Assembly: GCF_027921745.1 (NCBI RefSeq)
Contig: NC_079240.1
Location: 1,178,001-1,242,000, forward strand
Origin: Schizosaccharomyces osmophilus
Lineage: Eukaryota
Length of the DNA stretch: 64,000 bases
Direction: 5' to 3'
In this document: positions 24,207-35,972 of the stretch, piece after piece
Layout of the letters: every line of letters begins with the position of its first letter
How positions within the stretch are numbered: the first letter of the stretch is position 1
The notes under the pieces: generated by a model
What the model was told of the DNA's origin: nothing
Seen by the model: only the letters and a program-made list of their open reading frames with translations
The model's database searches: none
Made by a program: the position numbers and the translations under genes

Positions 24207-24590
24207 GGTGGTGATTGCAGATGACAAGATGTTGCATCCATTTTCTCTCTTCCTGTTTTAGTGAAAACCGGTCACGTTGGGGTTAGGGTTTAGTTCACGA
24301 AGAAAAAGTTAGCTCGCAAGTCATTTTTTAGTTTTTAGTTTTGGAAAGTTATTTTATATTTTTTAGTAAAATAATGAATTTTAGCAAATTCATTGACATA
24401 TGTATAAAAAAGTGGAAGAATGTATTTGAGGTTGATGCAGGTTTCAAAATTTATGATAGAACGTAGGAATACTCCAAAATCACAATGTATATGCTCAAAG
24501 AATATAGGAAATTCAAAAAATGCCATTTTAAGACAATGCCTTTACTTGCTTCGTAGATGTTGATTAACAATAGGAGAACGTATTTTGACA

Positions 24591-25169
24591 TTATTGTTTC
24601 TTTTCATGCAAAGCTCGAAGTAATTTTCGTACTTGAACTACAGTACTAAAAAGTCCCAAGGCACCTATTTGCTGTTTGCTAAGTCCAAGCCCACTGCCTA
24701 TAGACCAGTGAATGCACAAGGGAAGGCTAAGAGCATTCGCAGCTAAGTCCCATTGATCTTGTTTATCGTGAGTACTGCGTACCTTTTTGAATAATTGATA
24801 AATAGTTAGCAGGGTATCGAGTAGCCAGCAGCGGCAAGAGATAAGCGATAATTGATCTTCCCTCGATTTGGACATAGAAATAATTTGCTTGTTTCCCAAA
24901 AATGCAAGCCCCTCTGTGAGATAATAGCACACATTGATCGCGGTGCTCAAATGGGATTCTAGCGAATCCCTACGGTCAAAGTTTACGAGAAGCTTGTACA
25001 ATCCAGGTAGACGTAAAATACACCGGAACTCGTTCAACATGGAAACCAGTTCGCTGTTTGCCTTACCAGCAAGGGGATTTAAACGAGCAACGTTTACTAT
25101 TAACGCAGCGATTTTATCTATACCCGTAGGATGCTGTAGCATATAGTTCACTGTATCAGTACAAGACAT
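24591..25169 (-). CDS. Pex11-family peroxisomal membrane protein
   Basis: GIDK, R.ILRLPG, DLAAN...LPLCIHWS, IGALG pattern; synteny. Confidence 0.75.
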   Translation of the reverse strand: MSCTDTVNYMLQHPTGIDKIAALIVNVARLNPLAGKANSELVSMLNEFRCILRLPGLYKLLVNFDRRDSLESHLSTAINVCYYLTEGLAFLGNKQIISMSKSREDQLSLISCRCWLLDTLLTIYQLFKKVRSTHDKQDQWDLAANALSLPLCIHWSIGSGLGLSKQQIGALGLFSTVVQVRKLLRALHEKKQ

Positions 25170-26099
25170 TATGCAAAGGATCAAAAAGTCGATGAAAAAA
25201 AAGACTCCTCCAGGGGAAGATCAGATTGTTCGTGGTAAGATAGTCAACTCTAGTAAATTTGTAACAATGCTAGAAACGATTGTCAGGAAAGGAAAATTCG
25301 CGCAAGTAGAAACCGTTTATGTTTTGACTTTGTGGTTCTCCGGTATACTATGGAGGTGTTTAGGGACAAGCAGAGTTGAGATCTCCAACATGAATGATCA
25401 ACCTCTCAAAAAAGAGCATATGGGAATCATGCGTCTAAGTATTGTGACTGTAACTTACATAGTCTTTAGAGATTTTAGCATTTGATATGAAATGAAGGTA
25501 TCATCTTATTTTCTACCACCGATACGTTCAGTGCAGCAAGACGTGAAGGCCTTTCTTACGGTCTCGAGTCTTTTGCTACCTTTAATTTTTTTTTTATTAT
25601 TATTAAAACAATCCCAATAACCACACTGGATGCACTATCTAATATAGTCTTGCTTACCTTCTTATTCCAAGGCCCAGTGTCAATGCAACCTCAAATATTA
25701 TTCTAGTTGTTTAAACAATAATCGTACTGTCCAGTATATTATCGTATATTGAGGTAAACAAGAAAACAAAATGATTTTTCTATTCACGAACATGCTATGA
25801 AGTAAAATTCGATATATTTATGCTGCTGTTTTATTTCTCATTTAGGATTTGCTAATTTGGTTCCAACTCCCTCAGACAAAATCTTCAGTTAGGAAGGTTT
25901 TACTGGCAGAACACTAGTTTCGCCGGGCTGTTACCATACATATATCTCGTAGATATGTAGTAACTAATTTAAAATTCTATATTTTAACGCCAAAAGCAAT
26001 AACTGTTGTATTGCTTACTTTATCAGATTATACTAAGTAGTTTCCCTTTTGACAGAACAATGAAATGTTCAAAACAAGAACAAATTAAAGAGGTCGTAA

Positions 26100-26956
26100 T
26101 GCTGCCATGGCCTAAGCGAAACTTACAAGAATGTTTTTGGTAAAGCCTACCCCAGGTACAAATCATGGTTTGGTCCTGTTCCGGACTTTTTAGCAAAGGG
26201 AACCCGCGGCGAAATAGATATCGAGGAATTGTATGAATGGATAGACAGTATGGAAAGAGAGACGACCATAAAGGTGATGTTATTCCTCTTTCATCCCGAT
26301 CATTTTAGCTATGAACTTTTAAATCTCACAGAAGCTAGTACTGCAGCGAGTAATTTGGGTCGACGTAGTAAGGCCTAAAAGCAAATGAAAAGTCACTCTT
26401 CGAAGGCTCAGTCTTCAAGAGATGTATTCGGAAACCCTATAAAAAAAGGTGGACGTACCAACGATTACCGAAAATCGAAACCAAACGCCAAATCCAATAG
26501 AAGACTAGTCACGGGGAAACAGTAACAATCATGACGAATCTACCTTTATGCGCACATTTATGGAGGTACAGATCTCAAGGTTCTCTCAGATTCCCTCAGG
26601 AATAAGATTCACCTTCGGTGAATATTGAAGTAGCAAACTTGGAGGCTAGAGCTTTGATATTTACAGGCTCCGATGCATCTATCCTGAGCGAGGATTTTGC
26701 AAAATAGGTTACGACAAAATTGGACAGAGAATATCGAAGATGTGTGGACTTACAAAAGGTCGCTTTAAACGTGAAAGGAAAGTTAACGTTGCCAATAAAA
26801 GTTGACGATCAGAAAAATGAAGAAACCCTTATTATTATTCCATCTCTCATGTGTCAAGCGGTTTTAGGCTCATCTCTTATATCACATGCTGAAAATATAC
26901 AAAGATGCCTTGAATGGCGCCGCAGACGCCTAAAGCATATAGTTGAGTTGACATAA
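26100..26956 (+). mobile_element. Decayed LTR-retrotransposon gag-protease
   Basis: Gag-like PVPDFLAKG...ELYEWIDSMERE; protease EARALIFTGSDASILSEDFAK*...IIIPSLMCQAVLG in one frame with one stop (26705). Confidence 0.7.
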
Positions 26957-27009
26957 AAAGTCCCTGGTTATACACCAAAACTAAGGCGTTATTACCCATC
27001 AGGAATTTT

Positions 27010-27393
27010 TGTCACCACTATATTTATTCGCTGTATAATAAAGTGACCGAGTAGTTTGGTAAGATTATACAGATTACTATACAATGCTTTATTACTATAG
27101 CATCGAATATGTACATAACCAAATAATACTATATTACCAAATGTAAACAAAGGCATGGGAAATGCAACTCTGGAGTAAAATTTAGTTTCATCGTATAAAG
27201 GATTCATTCAAAATAGTTTTGATGAGAAAATACGACTGATTGATTCACAAAAGGATATAGATTTTTTTCTTTTATAATCAGAATCTTCAGAATGCAGTGA
27301 GTTGACTACTTTGCTAAGTGATCACTATGTCTATCTTCGATTTGCTAAACAGATTCCCGTGCTGTTACTAACATCCTGATACACAGTACAACA
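27010..27393. mobile_element. Candidate solo LTR (384 bp)
   Basis: TGTCA...CAACA termini, near-TSD ATTTT/ATGTT, adjacent to the protease fossil. Confidence 0.3.
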
Positions 27394-27449
27394 ATGTTCC
27401 ATTCAAGAATTTTGCTAGAATGGTAACGCTCGACTTTTTTTTTTTCTCA

Positions 27450-27666
27450 TAGCAAGTGAAATTTCAGTTCTTAACGCTTATCATCATTTTTATCACTATT
27501 ATATAATACAATCTAACATTCGAAGAATCGGGACTGGAGCGGAAGCACCGTGGTATACCCAGACATGGTGGAGAGAGTATGGATAGGGTCGGATTTTTAA
27601 AGCCTCTCCAAGTATCCTTTAGCAAATACCCTTGCTGGGCTTTGTCCACGTAGCAAGTGAAATTTC
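27450..27666. repeat. Exact 16-bp direct repeat (TAGCAAGTGAAATTTC) flanking a 185-bp structured insert
   Basis: Copies at 27450-27465 and 27651-27666. Confidence 0.85.
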
Positions 27667-28229
27667 CTTTGGCAATTGGTTATTATCACTATACAATAAG
27701 TCAAAAAAGACTTCTTAAAGGAAATTTTAATCTTGTATTGACGTTCTAAATCATCGCTTGGCTTGACAGGATTTCATACTTTCATTTACTTGCTTCGAAA
27801 AGTAAACAGACTTTGCTTTTTTATTTTATTCTATAAAGAAAAACATTTCATTTCATTGTTATTATCTAGTTTATTCTCTTTCATTTCCTGTTGACTAAAA
27901 GGTATGTGAGAATGGTTTTTCTTCTCTATTGTGAGGGGTAAATAATCGCTCGATTATGTATCCTTTACATTTTTCTTTCGCAACAGCATTTAACCTCTTT
28001 CTAGGATTAGTATTTCCTTTATTCAAAAAAAGGAGAAAAGAGAAGAAGAAAACCGATTGCATTTGCATTCGCATAACCCTGCATATCTAATCGATCTTTT
28101 ATTTTTTTTTATTTTTGCTCCATTTCGTTATTTGTTTGGTAATTGATTTCCTGTTTATTTTCGTTAAAAAAAAAATTCTGTTATTTTGTTTCATTATTTC
28201 GGTAACGGACATCGACGATTTTATTATTG

Positions 28230-29324
28230 ATGCCTTCTTTTCTTCGTCGTTCTAATGTATCTTTAAGTTCAGCTGATCGACCCCTTGAGTTAGACGTCCA
28301 GATGGAATCACCTCCTTTGATTATGTATGGAGCTCCCGACGTTTCCTCTGGCGCATTAGCAACAGGTCTTTTGAAGATGACGGTGTTTGAACCTTCTGTT
28401 CAAACCAATTCTGTCAACTTAAAGTTCATGCGCATAATTTCTACAAAACATCCAGTCCGCGAAAGCTGTCCCAACTGTCGTAATACAGTGGATGTTCTTG
28501 AAAACTGGGACCTTTCGTCAACGACATTGTCGTTTGTTCATGGTACACACACCTGGCCATTTAGTTTTATTGTTCCGGGGCATTTCCCTCAAACAACAGA
28601 ATCTCCGTTTGTGAATATCCGATACTTACTTTTGGCTACGGTAACCAGCGATGTTTCAACCAATACCAATGTAAAGCTTGAGCACTCGCTAAGTATAAGG
28701 CGGTCAATCATCTTAAACACCGACAAGGTTGCTCAACGCCTTTTCCCTCCTACTTCGCTGGTTGCGTTGTTGGAGATGCCTCCTGTGATCCACGCCTTGA
28801 GCTGCATTCCGATTCAATTTCAGCTTACAGGATGCAAACCTCAAAACACAAGATTTTCATGGCGGTTGTCAAAAGTATCTTGGAGGATAGAAGAGCAAAT
28901 TAAAGCCCATATAAGCCCGTGCACAGAACATGAAGGAAGTCGGAAACCACACGAATTTCGAGAAACAAGACTGTTGGGAAATGATGAGCATAGGCATGGC
29001 TGGAAAATTGACGGTGATCGTATATTGTTTGATATTACCGTCAGCACATCACTCTTATCGAAACCGATATGCGATGTTACCTTAGAAGGCCAATATAGTA
29101 TTTCTATAGCTCATCAATTGATTTTCGAAACAATTGTCGTGGAAGAAATCAATTCTCAACCAGTCAATTCAAATGCTCGCATCCTGAGGATGAAAGTCAA
29201 CCTACCTCTTACTGAAAGAGGTGGTCTCGGCGTGAGCTGGGATGAAGAATGCCCTCCGATGTTTACCAGTGTTGGACCAGGTCCTCCCCCTTATGAGTAT
29301 GCTCTACAATTACCTTCTGTGTAG
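28230..29324 (+). CDS. any2: Arrestin-related endocytic adaptor (Ldb19/Art1-like)
   Basis: MESPPLIMYG, WPFSFIVPG, RILRM...LTER.GLGVSWDEE.PP, PPPY motif; symbol from synteny. Confidence 0.85.
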   Translation: MPSFLRRSNVSLSSADRPLELDVQMESPPLIMYGAPDVSSGALATGLLKMTVFEPSVQTNSVNLKFMRIISTKHPVRESCPNCRNTVDVLENWDLSSTTLSFVHGTHTWPFSFIVPGHFPQTTESPFVNIRYLLLATVTSDVSTNTNVKLEHSLSIRRSIILNTDKVAQRLFPPTSLVALLEMPPVIHALSCIPIQFQLTGCKPQNTRFSWRLSKVSWRIEEQIKAHISPCTEHEGSRKPHEFRETRLLGNDEHRHGWKIDGDRILFDITVSTSLLSKPICDVTLEGQYSISIAHQLIFETIVVEEINSQPVNSNARILRMKVNLPLTERGGLGVSWDEECPPMFTSVGPGPPPYEYALQLPSV

Positions 29325-29630
29325 ATGCTTGTTAACCTTTACCTGTAATTTCTAAGTCACATCCCATGTAATTTCTCTATTTTTAGTTTATGTTTCTTTG
29401 ATGTTTTTTTATTTTGGTTTTTTATTTCGTTTTCTTCATGAATCCTTGTGCTTTTACGATACCCGAAGAGAGGGATCTCTTGGGTTTTACTTATGTTTGT
29501 ACGATATATAAAATTTGGTTAGGGGAGAATTATTTAATGCTAATTTAGGTACCTTTTATATACTTAATTCCAATTTTACTTATTGCAACATAAATGATTG
29601 TTAAGATGCTATTATTGTGTGCTCAAGTGT

Positions 29631-30464
29631 TCATCTCTTTTTGCTGTGCATTTGCTCATGAATCACAAATTTTGCAAATATATCAGCTTGTCGGATGGGC
29701 TCTGGGATTTTGCTTTCAACACCACTGGTTCGGAAAGCCAGCTGGATTGCGATATCTAAAGTTAGTTGATTTCCTATGCTTACATATATAGGCCGTTTGG
29801 ATTCCCTTCTTGTCCATACGGCAGCACCCAAGACATTAGATGGTTCCCTTAAAGAATGTAAGAGCAAAGGGGGTCTGCTGGGATTTGTCAAAATGTAATT
29901 TGAAAGATGTTGTCTATGGTCGTCTAAAGATTCATTCAGTCCAAAGCAATGAAAGTAATTTTTCGCTACGCCCATAGTAGGTGAATTAACTAAAACACCT
30001 AGATGGCATGCCAAGCCGAATTCTGATTGATCCATTAGCTTTTCTATCATTTGCTTCTTACCATACGTACGTATTGGATGCAAGATACCATTCCCGTCAA
30101 CCATAATAAGGTCAAAGGAATACTTAGAGGGAATCCTTTCTAGTAGAGGTAAATACCATTCAATCTCACGAAACGATAGGAATCCAGGGACATAATCTTC
30201 TTTGAGGCTATCAATTTCTAAATAATCTTTATATATGATCTGTGCATCGTGAACATCATAAAGAACAAGGGCCGAAACGGCCTTGGGGCTTGCCTTGTCA
30301 AAAGATATATCTAATCCGACTACGTATCTTATAGAGTCAACATTTTGGAGTTTTGATTCGTATACAATTTTCTGCTTTAGCACCAATTGATTTTTTCGCC
30401 AACATTCGACTTTTCCTTCCAGACGAGAATTTATTGTCGTGTCCTTTGATTCCGCTCCGTTCAT
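29631..30464 (-). CDS. Endonuclease V; predicted intron 30023-30070
   Basis: VGLDISF, YVPGFLSFRE, VDGNGILHP, GVAK, PIYVSIG, IPEPIRQAD. Confidence 0.92.
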   Translation of the reverse strand: MNGAESKDTTINSRLEGKVECWRKNQLVLKQKIVYESKLQNVDSIRYVVGLDISFDKASPKAVSALVLYDVHDAQIIYKDYLEIDSLKEDYVPGFLSFREIEWYLPLLERIPSKYSFDLIMVDGNGILHPIRTYGKKQMIEKLMDQSEFGLACHLGVLVNSPTMGVAKNYFHCFGLNESLDDHRQHLSNYILTNPSRPPLLLHSLREPSNVLGAAVWTRRESKRPIYVSIGNQLTLDIAIQLAFRTSGVESKIPEPIRQADIFAKFVIHEQMHSKKR

Positions 30465-30819
30465 CACTGAATATGATTGAAGAAAACTTGATTTCAGTGA
30501 TTTTCTTATACTCAAATCAATTGCATTTCAACATAATCTTCAATCAAAAATCGTGCGTAATGAAAGAGCCTTTTATGCAGGGACCCCACGGATGCAAAAA
30601 CTATTCGTTGCATGGGTGAAGAAAAGCTTTCTGCAATTCCCAAATGCCTTTATAGAATTATAATTTCAAAAACAACAAAACAAATAATTACGAATTTATT
30701 TATCATTTTATGGCATCAGTATTTATCATCTTATATATTACTCCAACCATCACTTCTGCATCTTGGAAATTGCTTTACGCCAAAACGAAAATTTGTTTTT
30801 CTCATTTGCTTAATACAAA

Positions 30820-31989
30820 ATGCCTACCAGACAAGATGTTATCAATTTTGCTGCCGGACCAGCAGGCATGGCTACGGATGTTGTAGAAGAGTATGCCAAG
30901 GACTTTGTGAACTTTCAAAACCTTGGTATGGGTGTAGGAGAAATCTCCCATCGTAGCAAGGAAGGAACTGGTATCGTAAACCGTACCGAGCAGAGTCTTC
31001 GTAGAATGTACGGACTTCCTGATAACTTCCATATTCTCTTCATGCAAGGAGGTGGTACTGAACAATTTGCTGCCGTCTTGTATAATGTGTATGCGCATCA
31101 CGCACTTTACAATCCCAATGCCAAGGAGTTAGTGGCCAATTACATCGTCACTGGTTCATGGAGTAAAAAAGCGTTGAATGAAGCTCAACGTCTTGGATTT
31201 CCCTGTCACGTAGCAGCTGACACGAAAGAATTGACTGGAAAATACGGTTGTTTGCCAAAAGACTCTGACCTTAACTATACTCGCGCCGGCGAAACCTCTT
31301 TGGTTTACTGGTGTGATAATGAGACCATCCATGGTGTAGAGTATAATGAACCTCCAGCAAATATCCCCAAGGGCGCTGTTCGTGTTTGTGATGCTTCTTC
31401 GAACTTTATTTCTCGAAGAATCGACTTTACTAAGCACGATATCCTATTTGCTGGTGCCCAAAAGAACGCAGGCCCTGCCGGTATCACAATGGTTTTTGTC
31501 AGAGATTCAATTCTGGAGCGTGCCTTGGTCCCAGACCTTCATAAAATGGGCATCCCTGTTTCTACTACTATGGCCGACTACAAACTTATGGCTGATAGCA
31601 ACAGTCTTTACAACACCCTTCCAATTCCTACGCTCCATGCCATCAACTTGGGACTTCAATACATGGAGGGAAAGGGAGGATTACCCTTCTTGGAAGAGGC
31701 TTCTTATAAAAAATCTGAAATGGTTTACCAAGTTTTGGACAAGTACCCTATCTATGAAAACTTTGTCGATACTTGTGCTCGCAGTCGTATGAATGTTACG
31801 TTCAGAGTCATAAGTCAGGATCTTGAAAATAAGTTGCTCGTAGGAGCTGAGAAACTGCATATGATGCAATTGAAAGGCCATCGCAGTATCGGCGGTGTTC
31901 GTGTTTCCTTGTATAACGCCATTACTGTTGAGGAAACAGAACAGTTAGTCAAATACCTTGAATCATTTGGTGCTGAGCATTCAAAGTGA
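30820..31989 (+). CDS. ser1: Phosphoserine aminotransferase
   Basis: NFAAGPA, EISHRS, NETIHGVE, AGAQKN, GHRSIGGVR.SLYNA. Confidence 0.96.
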   Translation: MPTRQDVINFAAGPAGMATDVVEEYAKDFVNFQNLGMGVGEISHRSKEGTGIVNRTEQSLRRMYGLPDNFHILFMQGGGTEQFAAVLYNVYAHHALYNPNAKELVANYIVTGSWSKKALNEAQRLGFPCHVAADTKELTGKYGCLPKDSDLNYTRAGETSLVYWCDNETIHGVEYNEPPANIPKGAVRVCDASSNFISRRIDFTKHDILFAGAQKNAGPAGITMVFVRDSILERALVPDLHKMGIPVSTTMADYKLMADSNSLYNTLPIPTLHAINLGLQYMEGKGGLPFLEEASYKKSEMVYQVLDKYPIYENFVDTCARSRMNVTFRVISQDLENKLLVGAEKLHMMQLKGHRSIGGVRVSLYNAITVEETEQLVKYLESFGAEHSK

Positions 31990-32294
31990 ATTTCAATTTA
32001 TTGAAATCATATTCGAGTGTTCCATGTCGTACGTTAGTCTTCAATCAAAAAGAACTTATAATAGTGATTTATTAAAGGAAAAGTCCCTTCTCCCAATGCA
32101 TAAAAATTAAAATCAGTACAGACAAAAAAAGTTCCTACATACAGAATGGGCAGTATAAATAATTGACTAAGACAACTGAAACAATATTAGTATTTAAATA
32201 GAAATAGTAAGATGGAAATATTTATTAAAGTTTGACTAAATCCTCCTCATATTGTACTTTTCACTTCCTCTTGAGCACAAACAAAAGCTGCCTG

Positions 32295-33377
32295 ATGGGT
32301 AAAAATACGTTGATCGCGATTCGCGTACCCAACCTACAAACCATTTCAAAGTATTTGTCTACTGTAACAAAGATCGTTGAACGGTTGAGTGAGGATCGCA
32401 ATAATAGACTATACATTTGGGTTTGCAGTCCTGAATTAAACGAAGAAAGGAATGAGCGTATTTTTTCCAGTCTCACAAAAGCTCTGAGTGAACTATACCT
32501 CTGTTCAATTACTACTAAAGATCCTACCATTTTTAATGTCGTTCCTACAGTTGTTTTATTCGAAGACTGGTCTGGATATTCTATTAATGAACTTTCGAAT
32601 CTGTGTGACACCACTTATTGCACGAAAAATTATGATGGTAAAGTCTTAATATTAATTTTCACTTACATCTAACTGCTGCTGTAGATTCAATTTCAAAATC
32701 TAGTACTGAAGTGATCCATATCGAAGCTGATGAGCTCGAACAAAGTAAGCTCGAACGTAGTTTTGAAGAGAGCGAGAATCAGGATAAGAAAATTACCAAC
32801 CGAATTTCAGCTGGTACGTTTTTTTTTTTTTTTTTCGTTGGCAATGAATACTAATCAAGGTTATGTCAGTCGGTGGGACGTTCGACCATCTACACGTTGG
32901 TCATAAAGTTTTACTTACATTATCTGCATGGATTGGAATAGAAAAAGTATACGTTGGGATTTCTGGTACGTTCGCTATTATAGTACTAGTGCATAGGAGC
33001 TTACTCTTTTAGGGAATGAATTACTCTTAAACAAAGTCGAGAGGGCATACTTAGAAAATATAGAAGTGAGGAAAAATTCTGTCTATGATTTCCTTCATTC
33101 TATAAAGAAAACTATCCAATCGAGCATAGTAATTATCAATGATCCTTTCGGGCCTACTATTACTACTGGAGAGATTGACAGTTTGCTCGTTTCCCAAGAA
33201 ACCATTAAAGGTGCGGATTCCGTACAAGTGGAGCGAATAAAAAGAGGATTGCCTGAGCTGGATATATATTGCATCGACCTTCTTCACTTCGCACATGCTA
33301 CAATGCCAGAAAATTGTAATCCAGTAAAACTTAGTTCAACGGCCATTAGAAAAGAACTAGCTAAGAAAAACTTTTAA
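32295..33377 (+). CDS. cab4: Pantetheine-phosphate adenylyltransferase (multi-intron)
   Basis: GGTFDHLHVGHK, INDPFGP, VSQET, KLSSTAIR. Confidence 0.85.
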
Positions 33378-33519
33378 GAACAATACACCTCTCTGATTCC
33401 TTATCTCTTTTGATTTATGTGAACTATTTTTACTTTTGTTGAAGTTTGAGCATACACCTACACATAACACACACTTATTGCTTTACACCAGTGTATTTAT
33501 TTCACCACAAATATGATTC

Positions 33520-35109
33520 ATGGATTCTCATAAACATAAGCAAGTGTCAAAAAATAAAAAAGAACAAAATTATTCCAGTAATGATGACTCCAAAATTAAA
33601 AGATATATTCTGCTTACCTATTATGTTCGTTTTTTTACGATGTATACTGAATTAGCCAGTTCTAACCAAATATAGTTAATTATTTTACTGGGAGTTCCAA
33701 TATGGTGGAAAACCACTACGTACTATCGGGCTTCTATGCCTTTTCATGAGATGGAAAATGCCAGATATAAGCTGGAATCCAATCTACAATTCACTCCGAC
33801 GTTTAGAATTGTAGATGACCCAGCTGGAAGAATAACGTATCTTTCTGACAAGCTAATGAATGAAGAGCCCCAGTATTCGTTTTATGAAATTCAATTTACA
33901 AGGTCCGAAGCGGCTGACTATTTAATCTGCTTAACGAAGTCTTCTAAAAATTCCTGGTATTGGAAAGGGAGGAGTCTACACTTAGACTACAAGGAGGATT
34001 TTTCAGACAATGAAGTTGCCATAATGTTAGTAAATCGCCTATATGCGGTTTTCAGTCCAGAAATCATGGACATATCTGCGAAATATTCCCGGCTGACATC
34101 GAAAAACATTCCTGCCACAGTGTACAATAAGCGGTCAATTCAATTTTCACCTCAGTACCGTATTCTGTTAAGTTTATTCTTGGGTGAAGGATCCCATGAA
34201 CTTAATGGTTGGGAAATTGAGAGTGCCATTGCCAAATTTTTACAGCCTTTAACTCAACAGCTTTCTCAAATTATGAACTTGACCGTAGAGTCTCAGGTAC
34301 AATACTTTGTGGACGACCCACCAGTCACCTCTAAGGAAGGAGAATATCGAACGGCATTTTCTGATTTCCCTAAATTTGTTAATAATCTTGAAAAGTATCT
34401 CACTATTAATCCGAATGTACGAGAGCCTACTCTACATTTTTTGTTGTATGTGCCTTCCAAAGAGATACAGCCATTGAAATTGGAAGATCAACATGGTAAA
34501 GAAGTTGCAACGAATTCGATGCTTTTACCTCAATGGGGTTCGATTATTATCACAAATACAAACAAATCTTCTTCTAATTATCTGAGGGATATCGACATGA
34601 AGTTTCAGTTTCGTACTATATCAAGAGATCTTCTTTTACTATTAGGTGTAGATGATTATTCATCTTTCAGTCTAAACCCGGTAATAATGGAAAGAATGCT
34701 AAGGCAAAGGATAGCTGAAAGCCTAGTTGCAACGACCGATACACTCCTGAATCTTTCAAAGCTCATTAAGTCAATTGAAAACATGGCTGTCCCTAAAGAA
34801 ATACAGTCATACGCGAAAGACGCTTTGAAGTCATTGGACCTCGCATACGATACCCTTTCAGAGCGGAAATTAAGTGAAACTCTTTCGCATAGCACGAATT
34901 CCTTTGAAAAGGCACAAAAAGCTCTATTTCATCCAAGTATGGTGACCACTGTATATTTTCCTGATGAATCAAAGTACGGAATCTATGCGCCCTTATTTGC
35001 ACCTATCATGATCCCTTTGTTATTGTCATTCATCAAAACAATTCGTAATGCAGTAAAATCGATGCCGATTTCTCTTCGAAGACAAAAGACAAAAGACAAA
35101 AGAAATTAG
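33520..35109 (+). CDS. gpi17: GPI transamidase subunit PIG-S; intron 33625-33675
   Basis: GVPIWWKTT..YRA, LPQWG, FHPSMV..YFPDE.KY.IYAPLF. Confidence 0.9.
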
Positions 35110-35358
35110 CTAAAAGAAACTACTAAATAATAATCATCATATTTGATAAATTTCGTTTGGTATTGAGAATCATAGTTAAAGCTAGATGATAATGACAAAC
35201 GGAAAATCGGTATAATCTAAGGAAGAACGCATAAAGAATACTAAAAATAAAACATATCTAAGGGAAACAAAATAAAAAGAAAGTAAAAAAAAATTGAGAC
35301 TGAACAAGTATTAGAGCAACAATCCATAGGCGGAGAGTAGAAAAAGTACTGAAAATCT

Positions 35359-35972
35359 TCAAGTCAAATAACCGATAAAGCAATTTTTAAGTATTGCTTC
35401 CTCGTTTACCCAAGCGTGATTCATCACTAGGAAATAAGCGTTAGCTGAAACACGTTAAAAACTTCATTTTCTTACTAAAGACCTGAGTAGCATCTATGCC
35501 AGAATTATTTATAATTTTTTTAACACCAGCAGGATGATAATTAAGGTAAGGAGTCACATTATAAACTTTTCCTTTAATCGAAATCCAGCAATCCTCCTCG
35601 GTACAATGCTTTTTAAGCTCATCTTTAGAAACCTTCATCGGCCTGTCCACCGTCTAGTAAAATGTTAGATCGCTAGAATAAATTGAATTATAATTTGAAT
35701 CCATAATGATGGGCAGCTGAATGGGATGCGATAATACCATTCCCATATATTCTGATGTAAAAACACTCCAACAACTAATGAACCATTACAGACAAACTAT
35801 TGTTACATACGGATAAATTTTCACCACTCGATACTTTTCTAGCCCAATCTAGTTGAGAATATCCCGGCGCAACAGAGTATTTCCCTCTTTTTGGCACTGG
35901 CTTTTTGGATTCACCATCAACTTTTCCAGAACTGTCTCCTCCAATACCAAGGTTCTTGAAAAGCGCGACCAT
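35359..35972 (-). CDS. Cytochrome b5-like heme-binding protein (Irc21-like), 2 introns
   Basis: PGYSQLDW, DCWISIKGKVYNVTPYLNYHPAG, HAWVN...CFIG. Confidence 0.88.

Noticed and set aside
25600..26000. Possible 5' LTR matching 27010-27393
   Set aside because: Only short shared words (AATCTTCAG, GCTGTTAC) at inconsistent spacing.
35705..35756. ATGATG...CTGA suggesting a C/D snoRNA in the cytochrome b5-like intron
   Set aside because: Antisense to the host, imperfect C box, only ~50 nt, no recognisable rRNA guide.
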